A DNA stretch of 32,000 nucleotides from Moraxella nasicaprae (GCF_025643275.1 NZ_CP089977.1:1680001-1712000); one strand, 5' to 3'; shown: positions 16,739-26,662, counted from the stretch's first letter. Notes: generated from the letters alone by a model not told the origin. Numbers and translations are program-made.

Positions 16739-18898
16739 ATGACCACACAGATTGTCGCCCTAAACCAGCATCACCAAGCCAACCATCAAGCAATGATTGA
16801 GCTTGAAGAATTGTTTGACGAAACAGGGGCTTATACGCCAAACTGCTACATCAATCGAGATTTGTCCAGTCTAAGATTTCAGCTACGAGTGCTTGCTCAG
16901 GCGACCAATCCTAGATTTCCCTTATTAGAAAGAATGTTTTTTTTGACGATTTTTTCGTCAAATCTGGACGAATTTTTTGAGATTCGAGTGGCAGGTCTCA
17001 TCAAAAAATTCAAACAGCAAAACGATGCCGCCACAGGCATTGATGGCAGACGACCCAGCGATGTTTTGCAACGCATCAGCACCATTGCTCATCGTGCTGT
17101 TGATGAGCAATATCGTATCTTAAATGAAGACATCTTGCCAGAGCTTGCCAAGCATGACATTCGTTATTTGCGGCGTGGCGAGCTAAGCGATGCTCAAAGA
17201 GCGTGGATGAAAGAGTATTTTTTCACCCAAGTCATGCCTGTATTAACCCCCATCAGCATTGACCCCGCTCACCCATTTCCACGACTGGTCAATAAGTCGC
17301 TAAATTTTATTGTCAGTCTTGAAGGCAAAGACGCTTTTGGGCGAGACATTAACCTTGCCATCGTACCAGCCCCTCGCTCATTACCAAGAATCATTCGTTT
17401 ACCAGATGAATTGACGGATGGCAAGGAACATCATGTGATGCTTTCTGCGGTGATTCACGAACATGTGGGCGAGCTGTTTTTGGGCATGCAGGTAAAAGGC
17501 TGCTATCAGTTTCGCCTGACTCGTAATGCTGATTTGACGGTGGCGGACGATGTGGATGACATTGCCAAAGCCTTGGTGGGCGAGCTGGATAATCGCCGCT
17601 TTGGTCATGAGGTCAGATTGGAAGTGACGACCAATTGCCCAGAGGAAATCAGCGAATTTTTGCTCAAACAGTTTGATTTGGATAAAAATCAGCTATATCG
17701 TGTCAATGGTCCTGTTAATTTGACCAGATTTTTGACCGACTTTGACCGTGAAGGATTGCACTTTGCTCCCTTTACGCCCAACATACCTAAGGCATTTCGC
17801 CATGCAGAAAATGATGATGAGTCAATGTTTTCGGTCATTGGTAAACAAGATGTGTTGATTCATCACCCGTTTCATTCATTTGCCCCTGTGGTGAATCTGC
17901 TTAGACAAGCCGCCAAAGACCCCAATGTGCTTGCCATCAAGCAAACCTTATATCGTTCTGGTACAAATTCAGAAATTGTCAAAGCTCTTGCCGAAGCTGC
18001 TCGTAATGGCAAAGAAGTGACGGCTGTCATTGAGCTTAGAGCCAGATTTGATGAGGCATCAAACATTGCGGTGGCAAATTTATTACAAGAAGCTGGTGCG
18101 GTGGTGGTGTATGGAATTGTGGGTTATAAGACTCATGCTAAGATGATGCTCATCGTCCGCCGTGAGATGGGTCAGATTCGCCGTTATGTACATCTTGGCA
18201 CGGGTAATTATCATGCTGGCAATGCTAAGGCGTACACCGATTATGGACTGTTTACCGCCAATCAAGAACTGTGCGAAGACATTGCAGGGGTGTTCCAGCA
18301 ATTAACAGGCATGGGCAGACCATTGCCGTCCAAGCATATTTTGCACGCACCATTTACGCTACATCAGCAGCTCATGCGGTATATTGATGATGAGATTGCT
18401 CATGCCAAAGCGGGCAAAAAAGGCAGGATTATCCTAAAATTTAATGCCTTAACCGAACGCAAAATCATCAATAAGCTGTATGAAGCAAGCAGTGCTGGCG
18501 TGCAGATTGATTTGATTATTCGCTCGATTTGTTGTCTGCGTCCACAGGTTAAGGGCTTATCCGAGAACATTCGGGTGCGTTCGGTGGTTGGGCGTTTTTT
18601 GGAGCATACCCGTGTGTATTATTTTGGCAATGATGTTGAAAATGGCGGTCAAGAAAGACTGTATTGTGCCAGTGCGGATTTGATGGATAGAAATTTGCTA
18701 CACCGTGTGGAGGTGGCGTTTCCGATTTTGGATAAAAAATTATTCAAAAAAATCTATGAAGATGGATTGATGAATTATCTAAGCGATGATTTGCAGGCGT
18801 GGACATTGGACGGTGAGGGCAGATGGCATCCTGTGGCACAAGATTTGACATCAGGACATGATGCGCAGGCATATCTGTTGGAGAAGATTTGCCCATGA
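16739..18898 (+). CDS. ppk: Polyphosphate kinase 1
   Basis: Full-length PPK1: [34 protein letters not shown], and [14 protein letters not shown] with the autophosphorylated His region. Confidence 0.95.
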   Translation: MTTQIVALNQHHQANHQAMIELEELFDETGAYTPNCYINRDLSSLRFQLRVLAQATNPRFPLLERMFFLTIFSSNLDEFFEIRVAGLIKKFKQQNDAATGIDGRRPSDVLQRISTIAHRAVDEQYRILNEDILPELAKHDIRYLRRGELSDAQRAWMKEYFFTQVMPVLTPISIDPAHPFPRLVNKSLNFIVSLEGKDAFGRDINLAIVPAPRSLPRIIRLPDELTDGKEHHVMLSAVIHEHVGELFLGMQVKGCYQFRLTRNADLTVADDVDDIAKALVGELDNRRFGHEVRLEVTTNCPEEISEFLLKQFDLDKNQLYRVNGPVNLTRFLTDFDREGLHFAPFTPNIPKAFRHAENDDESMFSVIGKQDVLIHHPFHSFAPVVNLLRQAAKDPNVLAIKQTLYRSGTNSEIVKALAEAARNGKEVTAVIELRARFDEASNIAVANLLQEAGAVVVYGIVGYKTHAKMMLIVRREMGQIRRYVHLGTGNYHAGNAKAYTDYGLFTANQELCEDIAGVFQQLTGMGRPLPSKHILHAPFTLHQQLMRYIDDEIAHAKAGKKGRIILKFNALTERKIINKLYEASSAGVQIDLIIRSICCLRPQVKGLSENIRVRSVVGRFLEHTRVYYFGNDVENGGQERLYCASADLMDRNLLHRVEVAFPILDKKLFKKIYEDGLMNYLSDDLQAWTLDGEGRWHPVAQDLTSGHDAQAYLLEKICP

Positions 18899-19383
18899 TT
18901 TGCCCTTGTTCTGATACAAACATGCCGACAACTTACCAAATGTGCTGCCAGCCCTACCATGAGGGTAAGCCTACACATACCGCTGAGGCATTGATGCGTT
19001 CAAGATATAGTGCTTTTGTGTTAAAAGACATTGAATATATCATCAAGACCACCGTGCCAGCACAGGCGGTTTTGTTGGATAGACAAGCCTTGCAAGCATG
19101 GGCTGAGCAAATGGACTGGCAATCCTTATCCATCAAAAGCCACACACCAAAGATTGGCAAACGCCACGCCCAAGTGCATTTTTTGGCGTATTATCGTCAA
19201 GATGATGGTGTGTTGGGTTGCCATGATGAACGCTCAGCATTTGTGCAGGTGGCAGATGAAACGGGTGTATTGCGGTGGTATTTTTTAGACCCAACTGTAC
19301 CAATCGCCATGAGCAATAAAGAGCCTTGTTTGTGCGGTTCTGGCGATAAGTTTAAAGCGTGCTGTGGCAAGTTTTTGTATTGA
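18895..19383 (+). CDS. ychJ: YchJ-family protein (UPF0225) with SEC-C-type Cys motifs at both ends
   Basis: CPC...[19 protein letters not shown], and the C-terminal [14 protein letters not shown]. The ATG at 18895 overlaps the ppk TGA as ATGA. Confidence 0.8.
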   Translation: MICPCSDTNMPTTYQMCCQPYHEGKPTHTAEALMRSRYSAFVLKDIEYIIKTTVPAQAVLLDRQALQAWAEQMDWQSLSIKSHTPKIGKRHAQVHFLAYYRQDDGVLGCHDERSAFVQVADETGVLRWYFLDPTVPIAMSNKEPCLCGSGDKFKACCGKFLY

Positions 19384-19496
19384 TGTTTGTTGAGATTGGA
19401 TTTATGTGACCATCTTAGACGATGTGTTGATTTGCTTTAATTTTGCCAACAAATGCGGTAAAATGGTATGTTTTTTCGTTTAAACTGTGTGGACTT

Positions 19497-20945
19497 ATGA
19501 AATTTATTGTCAAGTTGTTTCCTGAAATTATGATGAAAAGCCAGTCGGTTCGTAAGCGTTTCATCAAGGTTTTAACAGGGAATATCCATCTGATTTTGAC
19601 ACGCATTGATGAATCGGTCAAAGTGATTCGTCATTGGGATTTTATTGAAGTTCGCACCAAAGATGAAAGCAAAGTGCAGGCGATTTGCGAGCAGCTTGGG
19701 CGGATTTCTGGCATTCATCATTTTTTGGAAGTTGAAGAAAGCGATTATACCGACATACACGACATTTTTGAGCAGACGCTAGCACGATACCGTGATGAGC
19801 TGATTGACAAGACTTTTTGTGTGCGTGTCAAGCGTCGTGGCAAGCATGATTTTAGTTCGCTAGATGTGATGCAATATGTGGGCGGTGGACTTAATCAGCA
19901 CATCGAGAGTGCCAAAGTAAAACTAACTGACCCTGATGTCACGGTACGCATTGAGATTGACCAAGATAAGATGCTGCTCATCAAGGCAAGACATGAGGGG
20001 ATTGGCGGTTTTCCGATGAGCACCCAAGAAGATGTGCTTTCCTTGATTTCTGGCGGTTTTGATTCGAGCGTGTCTAGCTATTTGTTCATGCGTCGTGGCA
20101 GTCGTGTGCATTATTGTTTTTTTAATCTGGGTGGTCAAGAACATGAGTTGGGCGTGAAGCAGATGGCTTATCATCTGTGGCAACGCTACGGCTCATCGCA
20201 TAAAGTGCGTTTTGTCAAGGTAGATTTTGAGCCTGTGGTGGCTGAGATTTTGACCAAGATTGACGATGGGCAAATGGGCGTGGTGCTAAAACGAATGATG
20301 GTGCGAGCTGCCAGCCAGATTGCCTCTCGCATGAATGTTGAGGCGATTGTGACGGGCGAGGCGTTGGGTCAGGTATCTAGTCAGACCTTAACCAACCTTC
20401 ATATCATTGATAAAGCGTCATCATGCTTGGTATTAAGACCTCTTATCACGCACGATAAGGAGCAAATCGTCAATCTCACCAGACAAATTGGCACCATGCA
20501 AATCGCCCAATCCATGCCTGAGTTTTGTGGCGTGATTTCAAAATCGCCCACAGTCAAGGCGGTTGAAAGTAAGATTTTGGCAACCGAAGAGCATTTTGAT
20601 TTTGCGATATTGCAGCACGCCATTGATACAGCTGTGGTTGAAGACATTCGCAAGATGACAATGCCAGAGCAAATCGTGATGCCTGACATTGTTCATCATA
20701 TTGGCGATGATGATGTGGTGTTGGATATTCGTTCGCCGATGGAGGTGGACGAGTCTCCGCTATCCATCGCTGGCGTGCTTGAATTGCCATTTTATCAACT
20801 TGCTAAGCGATTTGGTGAGCTTGACCAAAATAAAACCTATCTTTTGTATTGCCAGCAGGGTGTGATGAGTCGTATGCAAGCAGCACAGCTCATTGCTCAG
20901 GGGTTTGACAATGTTAAGGTATTGCAATTGGACAAGACTGTCTAA
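19497..20945 (+). CDS. thiI: tRNA 4-thiouridine(8) synthase ThiI with a C-terminal rhodanese domain
   Basis: [22 protein letters not shown] closely resembles the E. coli ThiI N-terminus. The PP-loop [10 protein letters not shown] is present, as is the C-terminal [10 protein letters not shown] catalytic Cys loop. Confidence 0.92.
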   Translation: MKFIVKLFPEIMMKSQSVRKRFIKVLTGNIHLILTRIDESVKVIRHWDFIEVRTKDESKVQAICEQLGRISGIHHFLEVEESDYTDIHDIFEQTLARYRDELIDKTFCVRVKRRGKHDFSSLDVMQYVGGGLNQHIESAKVKLTDPDVTVRIEIDQDKMLLIKARHEGIGGFPMSTQEDVLSLISGGFDSSVSSYLFMRRGSRVHYCFFNLGGQEHELGVKQMAYHLWQRYGSSHKVRFVKVDFEPVVAEILTKIDDGQMGVVLKRMMVRAASQIASRMNVEAIVTGEALGQVSSQTLTNLHIIDKASSCLVLRPLITHDKEQIVNLTRQIGTMQIAQSMPEFCGVISKSPTVKAVESKILATEEHFDFAILQHAIDTAVVEDIRKMTMPEQIVMPDIVHHIGDDDVVLDIRSPMEVDESPLSIAGVLELPFYQLAKRFGELDQNKTYLLYCQQGVMSRMQAAQLIAQGFDNVKVLQLDKTV

Positions 20946-20990
20946 TCATTTAGCTAATTTTATTATTTTTTATTTAATAAAGAGTCATCA

Positions 20991-21527
20991 ATGAATCAAC
21001 TTGAACTCATCAAAAATTCTATCAAATCTATTCCTAACTGCCCGAAAGTAGGGGTAACATTTCGTGATATTACCTCACTTTTGGAAAATCCAGCAGCATT
21101 TCAAGCAACCGTTGATGCCATTGTTGCTCAATACCAAGATAAAGGCATTACCAAGATTGTCGGTACAGAGTCTCGTGGCTTTATCTTTGGAGCTCCTGTG
21201 GCATTGGCATTGGGTGTGCCATTTGTGCTGGTGCGTAAACCAAACAAACTGCCCCGAGCCACCATCGCCCAGTCTTATTCCCTAGAATATGGCGAAGATA
21301 CACTAGAAATCCATACCGATGCCATCGGTGCTGATGATAATGTACTCATCATTGATGATTTGCTTGCCACAGGTGGTACGGTAGATGCGACAGTCAAGCT
21401 CATTCGCCGTCTGGGCGGGCAGGTGTCGCACGCTGCTTTTGTGATTTGGCTTGATGGCTTGGGTGGCGATGAGCGACTAAAAGCAGTAGGAGTGGAGCCA
21501 TGCTCTTTGGTTGTTTTTAAAGAGTAA
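20991..21527 (+). CDS. apt: Adenine phosphoribosyltransferase
   Basis: [25 protein letters not shown], and the PRPP motif [13 protein letters not shown]. Confidence 0.95.
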   Translation: MNQLELIKNSIKSIPNCPKVGVTFRDITSLLENPAAFQATVDAIVAQYQDKGITKIVGTESRGFIFGAPVALALGVPFVLVRKPNKLPRATIAQSYSLEYGEDTLEIHTDAIGADDNVLIIDDLLATGGTVDATVKLIRRLGGQVSHAAFVIWLDGLGGDERLKAVGVEPCSLVVFKE

Positions 21528-21550
21528 TAAAACAACCAAGTGTTTATCCA

Positions 21551-21586
21551 TCAACACCTTGTCTATTGATAAGGTGTTGATTTTTT
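21551..21586 (+). terminator. Rho-independent terminator of apt
   Basis: tcaacacctt / aaggtgttga, a 10-bp stem, followed by T6. Confidence 0.75.
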
Positions 21587-21643
21587 AAATATATACTAAT
21601 AAAATTTAAAATATATAGTCAATTCTATTCAAAACCAGACAAA

Positions 21644-21732
21644 GGTTTTTCGTTCATGGTGAGCTTGTCGAACCATAACGGAAACCCGCCCTTCGATAAT
21701 TCGACAAGCTCATTACTAGGGCGAACGGTTTT
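21644..21732 (+). repeat. Palindromic MITE/REP-like element, copy A
   Basis: An internal 13-bp perfect stem tgagcttgtcgaa (21660-21672) / ttcgacaagctca (21700-21712). The 42-nt left arm matches the reverse complement of 23897-23938 at 39/42 positions. Confidence 0.8.
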
Positions 21733-22008
21733 GCTGTATAGTTTTGATATGAATTAAGTATATATCATGCCATCTTGGTGTGGTTGCTGATTTATCAGCC
21801 TTTAAATCCTGCTTATGTTGGTGCTTATCAACAAAGAGCAAGCGTGTGTTACTGATATACTATCATATGCCAAAAATCTTTCAAAACTGACACAGGCTCA
21901 AACAAATCAATATTTTAAAAATAAAGTAAAATTCTAGCTGGGTACTTACTTTATTGCTAATCATAATATGAAGTTTGGCTTTTCCATCCTCAAAAAAAGG
22001 ACAATCTA

Positions 22009-22680
22009 ATGAAATTAAACAGTATGTTTTTATGTTGGTGTGTGATGGTTGGTGTTGCATCGCAAGTTAGCCATGCCAAGCCCACAGACGATGAGATATA
22101 TGCCTACACGGCGGTTTACGGATATCTTAAAGAAGTTGCTACATCAGATGAGCTAAAAAATTATCCAGAGGCGGTAAGCCAAGCCGTTGCCGATGCCATA
22201 GCAGGTAAACCAAGCCGTTATTCTGATAAACAAATACTCATTGCGATGGCAAATATTGAACAACAAAGACAACAAAAACAGCTTGAAAAAATCAATCAGA
22301 ACCGTATCAAAGGCAAACAATTTTTAACCCAAAATGCCCAACAAGCAGGCGTTATCACCACAAAATCAGGCTTGCAATATAAAATCATCAAACAAGGCAA
22401 CGGTAAAAAACCTAAGGCAAATTCGGTGGTAACATTTCATTATGAAGGCAGAACAATAGACGGCGAAATGTTTGATAGTTCTTATGTTCGTTCTCCAATG
22501 CAAGCACAGCTTGGCAAAGACTTAATTCAAGGACTTAGCGAGGGTCTGCAATATATTCGGGCAGGCGGAGAAATAGAGTTGTATATTCCTGATGATTTGG
22601 CATATGCCCAAATGGCTACCCCACTGTTTGATGGTGGTGAAACCTTGATTTTCAAAGTAAAATTACTGGAAGTTAAGTAA
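22009..22680 (+). CDS. Secreted FKBP-type peptidyl-prolyl isomerase (FkpA/Mip-like, somewhat divergent)
   Basis: Signal peptide ending SHA-KP, an N-terminal helical region, then an FKBP domain: GLQYKIIKQGNGKKPKANSVVTFHYEGRTIDGEMFDSS...IFKVKLLEV. AAGGA lies before the ATG. Confidence 0.8.
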   Translation: MKLNSMFLCWCVMVGVASQVSHAKPTDDEIYAYTAVYGYLKEVATSDELKNYPEAVSQAVADAIAGKPSRYSDKQILIAMANIEQQRQQKQLEKINQNRIKGKQFLTQNAQQAGVITTKSGLQYKIIKQGNGKKPKANSVVTFHYEGRTIDGEMFDSSYVRSPMQAQLGKDLIQGLSEGLQYIRAGGEIELYIPDDLAYAQMATPLFDGGETLIFKVKLLEVK

Positions 22681-22787
22681 GGCAACGGTAAATCATTTTG
22701 CCCTAATATGCTTGGTTTTGATATTTGGGGCGTGGTTTTATGTTATGATGTGGATTATCAAAAGCAAATTTGAGTTAAGGAGTGCTA

Positions 22788-23753
22788 ATGAAACTTACAC
22801 GCATTTTATCCACCATCGCTTTGGCGTGCAGTTTAGCCATTTCTGCCCCTGCACTGGCAGACGATTTTGATACAGCCGTGCAATATGCCAACCAACAAAA
22901 TTATACCCAAGCCTTCCCTATCTTTAAACGCTTGGCAGAGCAGGGTGATGCAAAGGCTCAAAATAACTTGGGTGCGATGTATCGCAATGGATATGGCGTA
23001 GAACAAGACTACGCCCAAGCGGTGAGCTGGTATCGTAAGTCGGCTGAACAAGGATTTGCGATTGCTCAATATAATTTGGGTGTCATGTATGAGCAGGGAC
23101 AAGGCGTTGAGCGAGACTACGCCCAAGCGGTGAGCTGGTTTCGCAGGTCGGCTGAACAAGGATATGCAATGGCTCAATATAATTTGGGTGTGATGTATGA
23201 AAGAGGATATGGCGTAAAACAAGACTACGCCCAAGCGGTGAGCTGGTATCGTAAGTCAGCTGAACAAGGGGATGCAAAGGCTCAAAATAACTTGGGTGCG
23301 ATGTATCGCAATGGATATGGCGTAGAACAAGACTACGCCCAAGCGGTGAGCTGGTATCGTAAAGCGACTGAACAAGGGGATGTAGATGCTCAATACAATT
23401 TGGGTGTGATGTATCGCAATGGATATGGCGTAAAACAAGACTACGCCCAAGCGGTGAGCTGGTATCGTAAAGCAGCTGAGCAGGGTCTTGCAGATGCTCA
23501 AAATAATTTGGGCTATATGTATAGTAATGGATATGGCGTTCGCCAAAGCCATAGCGAGGCGATGGTATGGTATAAAAAAGCCTATGCACAAGGTGGGGCA
23601 AAAGCCGCCTATAACATTGCTGTGCGGTATGCTAATGGTGAGGGCGTGCGTCAAAATAAAAAAGAAGCCAAAGAATGGTATGGCAAAGCCTGCGATTTGG
23701 GTGATCAAGCAGGCTGTGATGAGTATAGAGAGCTGAATCAGCAGGGCTACTGA
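22788..23753 (+). CDS. Secreted Sel1-like repeat protein, long paralogue (cap plus 7 units of 36 aa)
   Basis: Signal peptide MKLTRILSTIALACSLAISAPALA. Seven tandem AQxNLGxMYxxGxGVxQDYxxAVxWYRKxAEQG units lie on a strict 108-bp DNA period. AAGGAG lies 6 nt before the ATG at 22788. Confidence 0.85.
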   Translation: MKLTRILSTIALACSLAISAPALADDFDTAVQYANQQNYTQAFPIFKRLAEQGDAKAQNNLGAMYRNGYGVEQDYAQAVSWYRKSAEQGFAIAQYNLGVMYEQGQGVERDYAQAVSWFRRSAEQGYAMAQYNLGVMYERGYGVKQDYAQAVSWYRKSAEQGDAKAQNNLGAMYRNGYGVEQDYAQAVSWYRKATEQGDVDAQYNLGVMYRNGYGVKQDYAQAVSWYRKAAEQGLADAQNNLGYMYSNGYGVRQSHSEAMVWYKKAYAQGGAKAAYNIAVRYANGEGVRQNKKEAKEWYGKACDLGDQAGCDEYRELNQQGY

Positions 23754-23784
23754 TGTGGCGTGTCTTGATGAGATAAGTTTTACA

Positions 23785-23810
23785 AAAGGCGGTCTATACC
23801 GCCTTTGCTT
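23785..23810 (+). terminator. Hairpin terminator after the long Sel1 gene
   Basis: aaaggcggt / ctat / accgccttt, followed by an interrupted T-tract (tttgctttg). Confidence 0.5.
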
Positions 23811-23863
23811 TGATAAATAAGATGATTGATGGTGTATACTAAACGAACCTAAAAACTGGTACA

Positions 23864-23938
23864 AAAACCGTTCGCCCCAAGCTTGCCTGTGGGTGAGTTT
23901 CCGTTATGGTTCGACAAACTCACCACAAACGAAAAACC
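23864..23938 (-). repeat. Palindromic MITE/REP-like element, copy B (inverted relative to A, shorter centre)
   Basis: aaaaccgttcgcccc and gtttccgttatggttcgacaaactcaccacaaacgaaaaacc are reverse complements of the two arms of copy A. It has its own 9-bp stem, ggtgagttt/aaactcacc. Confidence 0.8.
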
Positions 23939-24001
23939 ATAACAATTTTGAAGTTTGGCTAGTATAGATGATTAAAAGCAAATTTGAGTTAAGGAGTGCT
24001 A

Positions 24002-24535
24002 ATGAAACTTACACGAATTTTATCCACCGTCGCTTTGGTGTGCAGTCTAGTCATTTCTGCCCCTGCGATGGCAGATGATTTTGATACAGCCGTGCAATAT
24101 TTTAAACAGCAAAATTATCCCCAAGCCTTCCCTATCTTTAAACGCTTGGCAGAGCAGGGCAATGCAAAGGCTCAATACAATTTGGGTGTGATGTATCGCA
24201 ATGGATATGGCGTAAAACAAGACTACGCCCAAGCGGTGAGCTGGTATCGTAAAGCAGCTGAGCAGGGTCTTGCAGATGCTCAAAATAATTTGGGCTATAT
24301 GTATAGTAATGGATATGGCGTTCGCCAAAGCCATAGCGAGGCGATGGTATGGTATAAAAAAGCCTATGCACAAGGTGGGGCAAAAGCCGCCTATAACATT
24401 GCTGTGCGGTATGCTAATGGTGAGGGCGTGCGTCAAAATAAAAAAGAAGCCAAAGAATGGTATGGCAAAGCCTGCGATTTGGGTGATCAAGCAGGCTGTG
24501 ATGAGTATAGAGAGCTGAATCAGCAGGGCTACTGA
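24002..24535 (+). CDS. Secreted Sel1-like repeat protein, short paralogue (cap plus 3 units)
   Basis: It has the same leader, RBS and C-terminal 120+ aa as the long paralogue, and it is exactly 144 aa (4 units) shorter. Confidence 0.85.
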   Translation: MKLTRILSTVALVCSLVISAPAMADDFDTAVQYFKQQNYPQAFPIFKRLAEQGNAKAQYNLGVMYRNGYGVKQDYAQAVSWYRKAAEQGLADAQNNLGYMYSNGYGVRQSHSEAMVWYKKAYAQGGAKAAYNIAVRYANGEGVRQNKKEAKEWYGKACDLGDQAGCDEYRELNQQGY

Positions 24536-24566
24536 TGTGGCGTGTCTTGATGAGATAAGTTTTACA

Positions 24567-24592
24567 AAAGGCGGTCTATACCGCCTTTGCTT
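24567..24592 (+). terminator. Hairpin terminator after the short Sel1 gene (identical copy)
   Basis: Identical sequence to 23785-23810. Confidence 0.5.
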
Positions 24593-24620
24593 TGATAAAT
24601 AAGATGATTGATGGTGTAGA

Positions 24621-25628
24621 TTAAGCAATCGCATAATCAATAATCACAGGTGCATGGTCGGAAAACCACTCATCTTTATACACCCACGCCCCCACTGTTC
24701 TATCTTTCCAATCGGGCGAACAGGCATGATAGTCAATCCGCCAACCCACATTCTTGGCACGGGCTTGTCCACGATTTGACCACCAAGAATACACATCGGC
24801 TTCCTTACGCACCACACGAAAGGTATCCACATAGCCTAATTCATCATAAATATGGTCGAGCCATGCTCGCTCATGTGGCAAACAGCCAGAGGCTTTTTGG
24901 TTGCCAGACCAGTTTTTGATGTCGATTTTTTTATGTACGATATTGTAGTCGCCACACACGATGACGGATTTATTGTCATCTCGCCAGCGTTTTAAAATCG
25001 CTTTATATTCTTCTAAAAATAAATCCTTGCGTGCTTGTGCGTCTTCACCAGATGAACCAGATGGTAAATATAGTGATGAAATAAAAGCAGGTTCGCTAAC
25101 GCCAAATTCGGTTAAATCAAATTCAGCCGTGATAAATCGCCCTTGTGTATCAGCCAGCTCAAAGCCCAAGCCTGTCGTGATATTTTTAATGGGTAATCGG
25201 CTATAAATCGCTGTGCCTGCATAGCCTGCCTTTTGAGCAGGGAATAAATGGGCATACCAGCCTTCGGGTTTAAATTTGTCCGTCCATTGCTCGTGAGTCA
25301 GACGGGTTTCTTGCATACAGACCACATCTGCTTCGGTTGTCGCCAGCCAATTAAAAAAACCTTTCTTCTCGGCAGCACGCAAGCCATTCACATTGATAGA
25401 AATCACTCGTAGAATATGTCTGTCGCCATGTACCGATTTGGCTGGAATGATGTCGTTGGTGATGGCGATGAGCTTGGTGTTATCTGCCTTTGGAGCGTTG
25501 CCGATGGCGGTTTTGGCGATGGTTTTTGGTTTGATGGGTTTGGCTTGGTCGTCATGAGTATCCATGATAGGCATAGCGATTGGTTTTTTGTTTAAGATGG
25601 ATTTTGGTTTGTTGATTTTGGTATTCAT
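24621..25628 (-). CDS. xth: Exodeoxyribonuclease III (AP endonuclease) with a ~70-aa Lys/Pro-rich N-terminal extension in the longest ORF
   Basis: The EEP core runs from ISINVNGLRAA through CMQETR and DYNIVHKKID to WFSDHAPVIIDY. The start is ambiguous: ATG at 25628, internal ATGs, or the GTG just before ISINVNG. Confidence 0.85.
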   Translation of the reverse strand: MNTKINKPKSILNKKPIAMPIMDTHDDQAKPIKPKTIAKTAIGNAPKADNTKLIAITNDIIPAKSVHGDRHILRVISINVNGLRAAEKKGFFNWLATTEADVVCMQETRLTHEQWTDKFKPEGWYAHLFPAQKAGYAGTAIYSRLPIKNITTGLGFELADTQGRFITAEFDLTEFGVSEPAFISSLYLPSGSSGEDAQARKDLFLEEYKAILKRWRDDNKSVIVCGDYNIVHKKIDIKNWSGNQKASGCLPHERAWLDHIYDELGYVDTFRVVRKEADVYSWWSNRGQARAKNVGWRIDYHACSPDWKDRTVGAWVYKDEWFSDHAPVIIDYAIA

Positions 25629-25930
25629 AATGATAAGATTGATGATAAAAATGGTTCAACTGTGTACAATAAAAAATCAATGATTGACAATCAAGCCAAT
25701 AAAATCAGTCACTCATCTTGCATGAGCCAAAGGCTTGAAAGTAGCGTTTGGTTTGTTTTTTGTTGTAAATGGTTTGTTAGCATACTGCCATGAGTGCCTA
25801 AAATCATCATAATCATGACGATGCTTACAAAGATGGCTTGATATTTTGACGACTGGTGGGCGACTATGATGGTGGTGTTTGCCATACAATCATTCGCCCA
25901 AAATCATGACAAAAAAATCTTTGCCATCAA

Positions 25931-26662
25931 TCAGTTGGCAATATGTTCATCCAGTAGCGTCTCTTCGCTTGATTTCCAGTTATACGCTCCGTATAGTAGC
26001 ATTTGCATTTGGCGAGTGCAACGATGAATCATTTCTTTTTTGCGTTGTTCTAGTTCGCTTTTGCTCATTTTGGGTTCATCGTCATCAAAATTTGGTGTAT
26101 AAGTCAAATCCAACCAATCAATAATCCATGAAAATGATAGATTGACGCTGGTTTCGGCAAGCAAATAGCGGTCGTAGGCATTGATGTGTTCAAAGGCAGG
26201 CTGCAATGCCAAATCTTCACTCATGACTTTGGCAAAGGTGGTGATTTGCTCTTTGATGGCGTGGCGGACAGCTTCTGAGCCACCAAAGCGTTCGCTGGCG
26301 ATGAACTGCCAGTAATGAGGCTGGGCGTTAACCGCCTTAAAAAATAATTGCACGCTCTTGGCAATTTGGCGGTCAAAGCTGCGTTTATGCCCAAGCTGGA
26401 TATGCTCTCGCAATACTGCTAATGCACTACCCAATTCATCTTCTACCAATGCCTTGCCCAGACTTTCCATGTCATCAAAATGACGATAAAAAGCCGTTGG
26501 TACTACACCCACTTCACGAGTCACTTGTCGTAAACTGATGGAGCTATAACCCTGTCCGCTCATGCACAAATCAAGCACGGCATTAAAAAAGGCTTGGCGA
26601 GTTTGGCGTTTTTTTTGTTCTCGATTGGTGGATTTGGCATCAATGCTCATGATAATACTCAA
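25931..26662 (-). CDS. fabR: TetR-family regulator, FabR-like (unsaturated fatty-acid biosynthesis repressor type)
   Basis: The HTH region ISLRQVTREVGVVPTAFYRHFDDMESLG and the C-terminal LLYGAYNWKS parallel E. coli FabR ([27 protein letters not shown] ... KGAYYWYR). Confidence 0.7.
   Translation of the reverse strand: MSIIMSIDAKSTNREQKKRQTRQAFFNAVLDLCMSGQGYSSISLRQVTREVGVVPTAFYRHFDDMESLGKALVEDELGSALAVLREHIQLGHKRSFDRQIAKSVQLFFKAVNAQPHYWQFIASERFGGSEAVRHAIKEQITTFAKVMSEDLALQPAFEHINAYDRYLLAETSVNLSFSWIIDWLDLTYTPNFDDDEPKMSKSELEQRKKEMIHRCTRQMQMLLYGAYNWKSSEETLLDEHIAN

Noticed and set aside
22940-23560. Regular 108-bp periodic repeats, considered as a CRISPR-like or other non-coding array
   Set aside because: The period is a multiple of 3 and lies in-frame inside a CDS encoding 36-aa Sel1 units. 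There are no unique spacers, since the inter-core sequences are themselves homologous, and there are no cas genes.
23256-24640. Long antisense ORFs (202 aa at 23256-23864; 197 aa at 24047-24640; also 172, 133 and 81 aa) opposite the Sel1 genes
   Set aside because: They are open only because the 108-bp repeat lacks stops in those frames. The sense frames have a signal peptide, an RBS and a canonical Sel1 consensus. The antisense products are repeat-derived nonsense.
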